Positions 52,520-64,000 of a stretch of 64,000 bases of DNA are shown one piece after another; the first letter of the stretch is position 1, and every line of letters starts with the position of its first letter. Location of the stretch: NCBI RefSeq assembly GCF_030144855.1, contig NC_082718.1, forward strand, positions 5,332,001 through 5,396,000, read 5' to 3'. The notes beneath the pieces are model-generated. The model searched no databases, was not told the origin of the DNA, and saw nothing but the letters and a program-made list of their open reading frames with translations. The translations under genes and the position numbers were made by a program. This DNA is from Hypanus sabinus (Eukaryota).

Positions 52520-55090
52520 ACCAGAAGACTGTAGGTATAGGAGCAGAATTAGGCCATTTGGCCCATCAATTCTGTTCTGCCATTTCATCATGGTTGATAC
52601 AATTTTGCTCTCAGCCCCTCCCTGTATCCCTTTGTGCCCTGACCAATCAAGAATCTATCTACCTTTGTCTTAAATATACATAAAGACTTGGCCTCCAAAG
52701 CTGCCTGTGAATTCAACAGATTCACCACTCTCTGGCTAAAGTTCTAAAAGGACATCACTCCCCCTCCCCCATTCTAAGACTGTGTCCTCATGTCTTAGAC
52801 TCTCCCACCAGAGGAAACATTCTCTCCACATCCACTCTGTCAAGGCCTTTCACTGTTCGATAGGTTTCAATGAGGTCACCCTTCATTCTTATGAATTCCA
52901 GTGAATACAGGCCCAGAGCCACCAAACATTTTTCACATAACAAGCCATTCAATCCCAGAATCACTTTTGGGAGCCACATTTGAACCTTCTCTAGTTTCAG
53001 CACATCCTTTTTAAGATAAGGGGCCCAAAACTGCTCTCTCTATTCCAAGTGAGGCCTCACCAGTACTTCATAAAGTTTCAATATTACATCCTTGCTTTTG
53101 TACTCTAGCCCTCTTGGAATGAATGCTAACATTGCATTTGCCTTCCTCACCACAGACTCGACCGGCAAAGTAACCTTCGGGGAATCCTGCACAAGGACTC
53201 CCAAGTCCCTTTGCACCTCAGTTTTTTTTGTATTTTCTCTCCATTTAGAAAATAGTCAACCCTTTCATTTCCTCTACAAAAGTGCACACTTCCCAACACT
53301 GTATTCCATCTGCTATTTCTTTGCCCATTCTCCTAACCTGTCTAAGATTAGTTTGTTAAGCAACCTCATGTGTGGCACATTGACAAAGGTCTTCTGAAAG
53401 TCCAAGTACACAACATCAACTGATTCTCCATTGTCTGTCCTGCTTGTTATTTCCTCAAAGAATTTAGCCTTTGCTTACCCCAGAACCATCAAGCTCTTGA
53501 ACCAGAGAAGATTATTCCACTCAACTGCACTTGCCCCTTCACTGAACTGTTCCCATACCCCATGGACTCACTCTGAAAGACTCTTCATCTCATGTTTTTG
53601 ATATTTAATTATTTATCTATTTACTGTATATTGTTATTATTTCTTTATTTTTATATTTATAGTTCGTTGTCTTTCGCACACTGGTTGTCCACCCTAAAGA
53701 AAAAAGTGCGAGGCAAACTCAAAGGTCTTAAGGCGGGTAAGTCACCTGGACCAGATGGACGACATCCCAGAGTCCTCAAAAGCTACTGAAGAGAAAACGG
53801 ATGCATTGGTCATGATCTTTTAAGAATCACATGATTCTTGCATGGTCCCAGAGGACTGGAAGATTGCAAATGTCACTCCACTCTTTAAGAAAGGAGGAAA
53901 TTATAGGCCAGTTAGCCTAACCTCAGTGACTGGGAAAGTGTTGGAGTCTATTTTTATGGATGAGGTTTTGGAGTACTTGGAGACTAATGATAAAATAAGT
54001 TAAAGTCAGCATGGTTTCTATCAAAGGAAATTTTGCCTGACAAATCTGTTTAAGAGGTCTTCGAGGAAGTAACAAGCAGGGTGGACAAAGGAGCGGCAGT
54101 GGATGTCATTTACTGGATTTTCAGAAGGCATTTGATAAGGTGCCTCACATGAGGCTGTTTAACAAGATAAAATCCTATGGTGTTACAGGAAAGATACTGG
54201 CATGGATAGAGGAATTGTTGACAGGCAGGAGACAGCAAGTGGAATTGAAAGGGGCCTTTTCTGGTTGGCTGCCAGTGACTAGTGGTGTTCCTCAGGGGTC
54301 AGTATTGGGACCGCTGCTTTTCACATTGTTTTTCAATGATTTAGATAATGGAATTGATGGTTTTGTGACAAAGTTTGCATATGATACGAAGATAGGTGGA
54401 GGGGTAGGTAGTGCTGAGGAAGTAATGCAATTGCAACAGGATTTAGACAAATTGGAAAATGGAAAAAGCAAAAAAGGGGCAGATGTGGTAAAGAAGGCAA
54501 ATGCAATGTTGCCATTTATTTCAAGGAAAATAGAATATAAAAGGAAAGAGATAAGACACTAGTTGGGCCACACTTGAAGTATTGTCAACAATTTTGGGCC
54601 TCAAATCTCAGAAAGGATGTGTGGTCATTGAAAAGAGTCCAGAGGAGTTCACAAGGATAATTCACAACAATGAAGGGGTATGATTACCATATGGCAACTT
54701 TGGGCCTGTATTCACTTCAGTTTAGAAGAATCCAGGGAGATCTTGTTGAATCCTACCAAATGTTGAAAGGACTAGTTGTGGATGTGGAGAGGATGTTTCC
54801 TAAGGTGGGAGTATCCAGAACTAGAGGGCACAGCCTTAATAAAGGAGGATTTTTTTTTTTAGCCTGAGAGTAGTAAATCTGTGGAATGCTCTGCCACAGA
54901 CTGCAGTGGAGGCCAAGTCTATGGGCATATTTAAGGTGGAAGTTGATCATTTCCTGATCAGTGAGGGCATCAAAAGATATGGCGAGAAGGCAGGTGTATG
55001 GGGCTGAGTGGGATCGGGATCAGCCACGATCAAATGGCAGAACAGACTCGATGGACTGAATGGCCCATTCTGCTCCTACGTCTTATGGTC
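52520..55090. mobile_element. Two decayed CR1 copies (minus about 52520-53460, plus about 53695-55090)
   Basis: GVPQGSVLGP, KFAYDTKI and GKSPGPDG peptides. Confidence 0.75.
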
Positions 55091-55192
55091 TTTCATTGAT
55101 TCTATTATGGGTATTGGATTTATTGAGAATGCCTGCAAGAAAATGAATCTCAGGGTTGTATATGATTTGCTTTGAACTTTGAATTCTGCAGC

Positions 55193-55860
55193 TAATGTAA
55201 ACTATTGTCCCAATTCTGTAAAGTACCAACTTGTTGCCTGTGTTAGCCCACTCACTAAAGCAAACCTTACCTGAAGCAGATCCCCAGGTAAGAACCCCCT
55301 CAACTCAGCTGCTCCAGTTGAACAACAAAGCACAACAAACATTGGAATCTTTTTATTGAGAAAAGGCAACATCACCTCAAAAGCATTTTGATAGCCATTT
55401 TAGTCATGTTCCCAGGTTTGCCAGTTGTCACACTTGTGAAAGGACACCACCACAGATGGTCCCAAATACCTCATCCCTGGGAGAGAAGGATCTTTCCTTA
55501 GAAGATGTATTGACGGACTACACCTGACTTGAAAGACTGGCCCAGGACAGAAGACACTGGTGAGCTGCTTTCTGTGACTTATGCCCCTGTACGAGTGATG
55601 GGCCTAAGAAGAAGCCAACTATGAAAGAGGTAAAATATGTTCAACTTTCCAAATAATTCAAAAACTATTTTAAAAAATCTTAAAAGTTTAACTTTTTTAA
55701 TATTTAGAAAAGACCAAAAAACAATTGAATAAATTAAAATGAATTAATCTGGGACTGTTGTCTAACGCTCAAGGAATGTATCATATTACATATGTTGGTT
55801 TTTTTGAAATTGGTTTTGCCTAATCTGCTTTTTTTCAATATTTGATTGTTTCAATCTGAT
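55193..55860. repeat. Diverged local duplication, copy B (dead exon-like 55271-55433 on the minus strand)
   Basis: Same donor TTCAG|GTAAG as copy A; acceptor AG changed to AA; in-frame stops; interrupted by an RTE-type 3' end at 55443-55613 with an AAG-repeat tail. Confidence 0.75.
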
Positions 55861-55910
55861 TGACTGATACCTACCTTATCTCAACAGAGAGAGAACATCC
55901 CTTTGATGAT

Positions 55911-56140
55911 TGTGGCGAACTACATATACCTGTCTGGACAACCCCCCCCCCCCCACCCCTCTACTGACTGCTCCTGTGGCTCCTCCCACAGACCCCTGTA
56001 TAAAGGCGATTGGAGGCACTGCTCCCCCCTCAGTCTCCAGGATGTTGTGTGATGGTCTCTTGCTGCTGACAGTGCTTTCTCTTCCAGCTAATAATAGCCT
56101 ATCTTGCCTCACGTCTCCATGAGTTATTGATGGTGCATCA
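55911..56140 (+). mobile_element. Short solo LTR (230 bp), same family as 47789-48005
   Basis: TG...CA termini, TATAAA, perfect 5-bp TSD ATGAT. Confidence 0.85.
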
Positions 56141-57100
56141 ATGATAAAGGGGTCAAGTATCATTGAATAGGTTGTAGTTCTGGTAGTTTCACCTTGAAAA
56201 GAACAAAGTTCTAGCATGGGTAAAGCAATGGCTGATTGGCAAGAGGCATAGAGTGGGAATAAAGGGAGCCTTTTCTGGTTGGCTGCCAATTACTAGTGAT
56301 GTTCTACAGTGGTCTGTGTTGTGACTGACTCTTTTTAAGTTATATAAAAATATACTAAAAACTTGTGGCAGAGCAGACACGATTGGCCAAATATCCTACT
56401 TTTGCTCCTATGCCTTATGGTTTTGTCATAAGCAATGCCCTGGTTTCCCTTTGCTGAAAGCCAAGCGATTGAACCTGCTTGATCAGCCATCCATGTGAGA
56501 TCTTGCCAAAGGCCTTTCTAAAGTCCATGTAGATGACATCCACTGTCCTGGTAACTTCCTCGAAAAGCTCTGTAAGATTGGTTAAATGTGATCGAGCACA
56601 CACAAAGTCAGCTGACTATCTTAAATTAGTCCATGTCTTTCTATTCAGTCCCTGAGAGTGTCTTTCAATAGCTTTCCCACAGCTTGTGAAAGACTCACCG
56701 CACTATCATTTCCTGGCTTATGGTTTAGAAACTTTTTTAAAGTTTTAGAAACTTTTGAGTTTCGAAACTCAATACCCAGAGCCGTGACTGACACCAACTT
56801 ACTGCCTTCTACTGTGCCTATTGTCTTGTTTATTATTTATTGTAATGCCTGTACTGTTTTGTGCACTTTATGCAGTCCTGGGTAGGTCTGTAGTCTAGTG
56901 CATTTTTTTTCTGTGTTGTTTTCACGTAGTTCAGTGTAGTTTTTGTGTTATTTCATGTAGCACCATGGTCCTGAAAAACATTGTCTCATTTTTACTGTGT
57001 ACTGTACCAGCAGTTATGGTCGAAATGACAATAAAAGGCACTTAACTTGACTTGACTTAAACAGTGGAACAACAGTGGCCACTCTCCAATCTGGTACCTC

Positions 57101-58540
57101 TGTAGGTTTCTGCAATTAAACAAAGTGAGGTATTTAATGTTTAATGAAACCCGTAACACATTTTATTGCACTCCAAAACCTACAAAACAAAAGCTTGCTA
57201 AAAACCTTTAACTTAATTATGTTATCACATCAGTCCAGCCTCTTAAAGCGAAACCTGAACTCAATGCTGGTGGTTGTGAATTATGTACATTTCTACCAAT
57301 TACGTTACCCGATACAGCACCCGCCGCCTGCAGAGTTCACACAACCCGATATTGTGGGCCTGTCTGGAGCTCCAACTGGGTCCTGTGTCCATGGGTGGAG
57401 GAACAACAGACTCATCCAGTTGACACACTCATGGTCATGTCGCGACACCAGAAGCATTGCAGGGGAATACTCCAATTCTCAGTGGACCAGCTTAAGGCAA
57501 TCTACCGAAACATGTTCTGGTTTACTCCTCTTATCTACGATTGCAGTATTTTCTTTCATTCCAAAATGACGAACAGGCCATTGTAAATACAGAGTGCTGT
57601 ACGCCATGATGGGAAGTAGGAATAGGTGGGAAGGAATTGAATTCACTGAGCAGAGTGGAAGGCTGTTGAGAGCTGACCAGGCAGTCGTGGCATCAGGAAT
57701 GGAATCACTTGGCACTCTAACAGCTGCCTGTATTCCAACACAGCCGCAGATGACTGCAGGGCCCCTTTGGAGCAGTTCTGAGCCCCAGCAGGACCCATGG
57801 GAGCCGATCATGCCAACACGGATCGCTCAGTCTTTAAGGAGTAGCGAAGTTGCTCACGTTGGCCATTGGACTGCGGGTGATAAACACGGTGTGACGTCTC
57901 CGAACACCGAGGTTCTGGGCCATCACAGACCAAAGTCTGAAATGAATTGAGGACCATGGTCAGAGAAAATATCGGATGGGGTGCCAAACTGAGCAACCCA
58001 GGTGCCCGAGCTAAACCTGTGGCCATCTTCAACGCTGGAGGGACGACCTCTGTCCACCATGGTAAGAAAGTGCGAGAATCCCTGGGGGAGGGAGGGGGAC
58101 AGGAACGGCAAGCTCCACATTGACTAGATCAAACCCTCACTCAACGGCACATGAACCTGACAGTTAACTTTTGCCCACTGGTATTCCACACAATCTGCAG
58201 TCCAATCACGCCAGTCCTTTTCGAGGCCATGTCAAACAAACTTTAGTGCAACCAATTTCTCTGATGTCTTCCAGCCCGGATGCAAGAGGCCATGTATGGA
58301 GTCAAAAACAGTTCGTCTCCACTTTGCGGGAGCAATGGTGCGAGGGCGAATGACCTCACTGCAGTGACAGCCGCCTTCAAGTCACATTTTCTCAGTATTC
58401 TAACAGGCACGGGATGGTGGAAGGGAAACCGGCCTGCTGCATACTCACAGATCAGCCTGGCTGCGGATGTGGATTGTGTCTTCCAGGATGTGAACGGCGA
58501 CTTGTGCAAGATTAAGCAGCAGCAGAGATATCGATTGCCA
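57101..58540 (-). mobile_element. Ty3/Gypsy retrotransposon remnant: integrase and 3' LTR (57101-57316)
   Basis: HHCC-type region IHGLLHPGWK...DCVEYQ; core LTMVDR, FSDHGPQF, YHPQSNG; LTR TGTA...TACA with AATAAA; many stops and frameshifts. Confidence 0.8.
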
Positions 58541-60253
58541 TCACACACACACACACACACCCAACCCCCCCACACACACACCACCCCAACCCCCCCCACA
58601 CACCCCCACACCCCTAACAACCCCCCCACACACACACACACCCAACCCCCCAACACACACACCACCCCAACCCCCCACACACACCCCCACACCCCTAACA
58701 ACCCCCCACACACACACACACCCAACCCCCACACACACACACCCAACCCCCCCACACACACCCCCACACCCCTAACAACCCCCCCACACACACACCCACA
58801 CCCCCCACACAAACAAACACCCACACACACCCACCCAACTCCCCCCCACACACACACCCAACCCCCCCACACACACACACATCGCCACACACACACACCA
58901 CCCCAACCCCCCCACACACCCCCACACACACACACTCCACACACAATCACACCCCCNNNNNNNNNNNNNNNNNNNNNNNNNNNNNNNNNNNNNNNNNNNN
59001 NNNNNNNNNNNNNNNNNNNNNNNNNNNNNNNNNNNNNNNNNNNNNNNNNNNNNNNNNNNNNNNNNNNNNNNNNNNNNNNNNNNNNNNNTCAACCCCCCAC
59101 ACACACCCACCCCAACCCCNNNNNNNNNNNNNNNNNNNNNNNNNNNNNNNNNNNNNNNNNNNNNNNNNNNNNNNNNNNNNNNNNNNNNNNNNNNNNNNNN
59201 NNNNNNNNNNNNNNNNNNNNNNNNNNNNNNNNNNNNNNNNNNNNNNNNNNNNNNNNNNNNNNNNNNNNNNNNNNNNNNNNNNNNNNNNNNNNNNNNNNNN
59301 NNNNNNNNNNNNNNNNNNNNNNNNNNNNNNNNNNNNNNNNNNNNNNNNNNNNNNNNNNNNNNNNNNCACCCACCCCCAACCCCCCACACACACACACCCA
59401 CACACACACACCTACACCCACAACCACAACAACCCCCCCACCCACACCCACACCTACCCCAACACCCCACACACACACCCACACACCCCCAACCCCCACA
59501 CCCATACACACACCCACCCCCCACACACACATACCCCACACCGCCCCCCCCACACCCCCTCACACACACCCACCCCAACCCCCCACACACACACCTACAC
59601 CCACACACACACACACACACACATACACACACACACCCACACCCCCCACACAAACACCCACACACACACCCACCCAACTCCCCCCCACACACACACACAC
59701 CCAACCCCCCCACACACACACACCCACACATACACACTGCCACACCCACACACNNNNNNNNNNNNNNNNNNNNNNNNNNNNNNNNNNNNNNNNNNNNNNN
59801 NNNNNNNNNNNNNNNNNNNNNNNNNNNNNNNNNNNNNNNNNNNNNNNNNNNNNNNNNNNNNNNNNNNNNNNNNNNNNNNNNNNNNNNNNNNNNACCCCAA
59901 CAACCCCCCCACCCACACCCACACCTACCCCAACACCCCACACACACACCCACACACCCCCAACCCCCACACCCATACACACACCCACCCCCCACACACA
60001 CATACCCCACACCGCCCCCCCCCCACACACACACACACACACACACACCCCCAACCCCCACACCCATACACACACCCACCCCCCACACACACATACCCCA
60101 CACCGCCCCCCCCCCACACACACACACACACACACACACACCCCCAACCCCCACACCCATACACACACCCACCCCCCACACACACATACCCCACACCGCC
60201 CCCCCCCCCACACACACACACCCACCCCCAACCCCCACACCCATACACACAGA
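58541..60253. repeat. Compound (CA)n/C-rich low-complexity satellite with three N runs
   Basis: Units such as CACACACACCCAACCCCCC; N at 58957-59088, 59120-59366 and 59754-59893. Confidence 0.95.
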
Positions 60254-61619
60254 CTAAACTGTTTTGCTGCCACATTTGCATAATCTGGTATTTTTCCAGT
60301 TCATTTCATTCAAGGCTCCAATTAAATTCCATATATTCATTTTTTAATCTATATACAGTATACTTTAACGATATTTCATTAAAAGGGTAAGCTTATCATG
60401 ACCCGTTCAGAAACTGCTATGGCCCCCAGTTTCTTTTTAACTTGGGCCCCTACAACCTCCGTCATGGCCCCCGTTCAGAGCCGCTGCTCTGGAGGTCCAT
60501 CTGAGCCAAATGGAGGCAGAATAACATAAGGTTGTGGTGCCATTTATTGAGGAACCGAAAACATAGTAGGAGACCCCTCTGACAATGATCTGCTCACCAA
60601 AATATACCTACCATACGATCAGTTTAACCCTTCCATCCTACACAGCCCATAATCATCCATTTTTCTTATATCCACGTGTCTAAGATTCTTTTATTGGATC
60701 ATAAGCTATAGGAATACAATTTAGCCCATCGAGTCTCCTCTGCCATTCAATCACAGCAGATTTGTTATCCCTCTCAACCCCATTTCCCACCTTATCTCTA
60801 TAACCTTTGACAGCTTTACAGATTAATAATCTATCAACCTCTGATTTAAATATACCCAGTGACGGACTCCACAGCCGTCTGTGTCAATGAATTCCACAGA
60901 TTCACCACTCTGTGGCTGAAGAAATTCATTCTTATCTGTTCTAAGGGACATCCTTCTATTTTGAGGTGGTGTCCTCTGGTCTTAGACTCCTCATTATAGG
61001 ACACCTACTCTGAAACTCTCCTCATGCATTACTCCTGGGATAATTCTTGTCAAAGCAATTGTTGTGATGCGTGTAGTGTGGTAGTGTAGTGGGTAGTGCT
61101 TAATGTGTAAGTCTCTCCCTGCCAGTACACAGCCTCTCCCACAGCAAGCCTCATGTCGTGCCTCCTCGCTGGAGACAATTGGAAACTGAACTCCTTTCAG
61201 ACTCAGGCTGAACTACAGAGGACAGGGAGGAGGTCTGGCCCCTGCGCACGTGACACGTAGGCCAACCAGTGTGTGGACACACCCTGGTGCTCATGAACCA
61301 GATTCCCAAATACGGGTAAATAGCCCCACTGCATTGTGGGCCCCAAGGGGGACAAAGGCTACAGTAGCGAACCCAGACAGCAAATCCAGAGTGGGATCCC
61401 TAAGATGACTGGACGTCCAGCAGCTCCTGCAGCCAAGCCAGTGCCAAACATACTGCTTCATAAGCTTTCCTTTGGACCACACTGGTGGGGCCGAGAGGGG
61501 GATCCTGATGACTGGGCATCTCAGGATCTCCATTCCTTCTGCCCAGCTTGTGATGGTGATCACCCATTGTCCTTCCGGTCAGATGGACGCCAACCACCAC
61601 CAGTTGCTGTGAACCTCCT

Positions 61620-63170
61620 CTGGACCCTCTCTAATACCAACACGTTCTTTCTTCAATTAGAGCCCAAAGCTGCTCACAGTACTCCAAGTGCTGTCTGTCC
61701 AATGCCTTATAAAGCCTCAGCATTACATCCTTGCTTTTATATTCTCGTCCTCTCAATTCGAATGCTAACATTGCATTTGCCTTCCTTACCACCATCTCAA
61801 CTTGCATGTTAACCTTTAGGGAATCCTTCGTGACAACTCTCAGGTCCCTTTGCACCTCTGCTTTCTGAATTTCCTCCCCATTTAGAAACTAGCCTCCTAT
61901 TTTACTCCTTCTATCAAAATGCATGACCAGACACTTTCTTACATTATATTCCATCTGCCACTTCTTTGCCCATTCTCCCAATTTGTCTAATTCCATCTGC
62001 AGAATTTCTGCTTCCTCAACACTACCTGCTCCTCACCTATCTTCATATTGTCCACAAACCAGGCCACAAAGCATGTTCCATCATCCAAATCACTGATATA
62101 CTGCGTAAAAAGAAATGGATCAAACATCAAGCCCTGTGGAACACCACTAGTCACTGGCAGCCAACCAGAAAAGGCCCTCTTTATCCCCACTCTTTTCCTC
62201 CTGCCAGTCAGCTAATCTGTTGTCTATGCTAATATCTCTCTTGTAATGCCATGGGCTCTGATCTTGTTGCACAGCCTCATGCGTGGCACCTTGTCAGAAG
62301 GTCTTCTGAAAATCCAGATACGTCCCCCATAAATTCTCCTTTGTTTATTCTGCTTGTTAATTCCTCACAGAGGCGAGGAAAGCATATGGCATGCTGGCCT
62401 TCATCTGTCAGGCATTGAATGCAGGATCTGGGAAGTCATATTGCAGTTAGTACTGAAGAGAATTACCAGGATGTTGACTGGATTTGGGGGCCTCGGTTAC
62501 AGGATAGGTTGCAGAGACTAAGACTTCATTCACTGGACCATAGAAGATTGAGGGGTGTGGTAATAGAGGTGGGATACAGAGTAAAAACACATTGTTTTTT
62601 TCCCCATGGAAGATGCACTAAAGACAAGATCAGAGGTGACAGATTTTTAAGGGACATTAGTTTCTTCATGCAAACAGAGGTGCATAGAAAGCAACCTCTC
62701 CACATCCACCTTACCTAGTCCTTTCAACATTTGGTAGGTTTCGATTAGATACCCCACCCCCCGCATTCTTCTAAATTCCAGTGAGTACAGGCCCAAAGCT
62801 GCCAAACACTCCTCATATGTTAACTCCTTCATTCCCAGAATCATCCTTGTGAGACTCCTCTGGATTCTCTCCAATGACAACACATCCTTTCTGAGATGTG
62901 GGGCCCAAAACTGTTGACAATACTCCAAGTGTGGTCTGACTAGTGTCTTATAAAGGTTCAGCATTATCTCCTTGTTTTCATATTCTATTCCACTTGAAAT
63001 AAATAACTTTGCCACAAAGCGATCAATTCTACTATCTAAATAATTGACAAACAATGTGAAAAGCAGCAGTCCCAATACTGACCCCTGAGGAACACCACTT
63101 GTCACTGACTGCCAACCAGAAAAGGCCCCTTTTATTCCAACTCGCTGCCTCCTGCCTGAGAGTTTGTCTT
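61620..63170 (-). mobile_element. Decayed CR1 copies
   Basis: [29 protein letters not shown] peptides. Confidence 0.75.
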
Positions 63171-63844
63171 GTTAAGAAGCTTTGTGTGTGGCAGCTTATC
63201 AAGGGGATGATAGTGTTAAACGCTGATCTGTAATTAATCAACAGCACCTTGGCATAGGTATTGCTGTTGTCCAGCTGGTCCAAAGGCCAAGGAGACAGCC
63301 AGAGAGAATCTATTTGCTACAGAGCTGTTATTGTGGTAGGCAACTTCCAGCACATCCAGGTCTTTGCTTTGACAGGAGATGGTTCTAGCCATGACCAAAC
63401 ACTCAAAGCACAGTGCTACCAGGCGATAGCTGTTGAGACCGCTCATCCTGTTCTTCTTGCACACCTGAATGATCGATTTCATTTTGAAGTAAGGAGCAAC
63501 CACCATATCATGTAAACCATACATATAACCTGTTAAATCTTAAATATTAACTGTATATTAGAATAAACTTTAGCAGCTAAGGGACAGTTGCAAGTGGACC
63601 ATGAACAGAAAAAGGATGAGTTCTACTGCTTGAGAGCATACTGGCCCTAGTGCACAGGGTTCATGGTTCACAGGCAAGCTTGATTTTAATCCCATGATAC
63701 ACTTGTACAGCTGACGAACTCAATTTCCAACATGAACAGTTAGCTTTACAGGGAAATATTTATCAATATTTTGTGGATGGTAAATAACCTATCACTTGTG
63801 GTAACATAGCATGGAACAGTCTGTATTCCTAGTCTAGTTGCTTT

Positions 63845-64000
63845 TCACAGATGCGCCATTTCCTTGTGCTTTTTTCTTCCATTTAACCAGTGGTTTGGAA
63901 GGATAATTTCATATCCTGTGTGGTGATCTTCCACACACCTTGGTCTGTGTGACTGGGGTTCACCCGTTTGCAGATCACCATATTCAGTGGTGTTGGAACA
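63845..64000 (-). CDS. Probable last coding exon of a second immune receptor (two ITSM-like motifs), cut by the window edge
   Basis: Open frame CSNTTEYGDLQTGEPQSHRPRCVEDHHTGYEIILPNHWLNGRKKHKEMAHL*; TEYGDL and TGYEII with Tyr residues 23 aa apart; non-repeat sequence; acceptor lies outside the window. Confidence 0.55.
   Translation of the reverse strand, partial: CSNTTEYGDLQTGEPQSHRPRCVEDHHTGYEIILPNHWLNGRKKHKEMAHL

Noticed and set aside
58541-60253. Interstitial telomeric repeat
   Set aside because: The units are CCCCAA/CA mixtures, not tandem TTAGGG.
58243-60283. Long ORFs (up to 667 aa) rich in H/T/P or V/C/G
   Set aside because: They are translations of the (CA)n/C-rich satellite read through N runs, not genes.
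1-64000. CRISPR arrays, operons, rRNA or tRNA genes
   Set aside because: None seen; the DNA is eukaryotic, and the only tRNA-like boxes belong to the SINE at 31357.

Overview
Eukaryotic genomic DNA, most likely from a cartilaginous fish (inferred from the dense CR1-type LINEs, a V-SINE and Penelope-type termini). Most of the window is nested mobile DNA: many decayed CR1 copies, a young L1 with an uninterrupted ORF2, solo LTRs, a Gypsy remnant, and Tc1, pogo, Rex1/Babar, RTE and Penelope fragments. The main result is a complete six-exon plus-strand gene, assembled by hand from splice signals and only partly visible in the ORF track: 34062-34110, 35482-35841, 38692-38994, 46176-46265, 48266-48339, 49948-50052 (326 aa). 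It encodes leader + germline-joined VJ-type Ig domain + C1-set domain + uncharged TM + a cytoplasmic tail with two ITIM-type motifs. The V domain has a PPP loop and GNGT strand in exactly the CTLA-4 register. The putative promoter and leader exon are enclosed by a 114-bp inverted repeat (112/114 identical) that carries an RSS-like motif and a TGACGTGG element. At the right edge, a minus-strand reading frame has two ITSM-like motifs, suggesting a second receptor tail-to-tail, with two diverged exon-like duplicates between them. An orphan CpG-island promoter lies at about 16.3-16.55 kb. No database searches were run, so family assignments rest on motif recognition.
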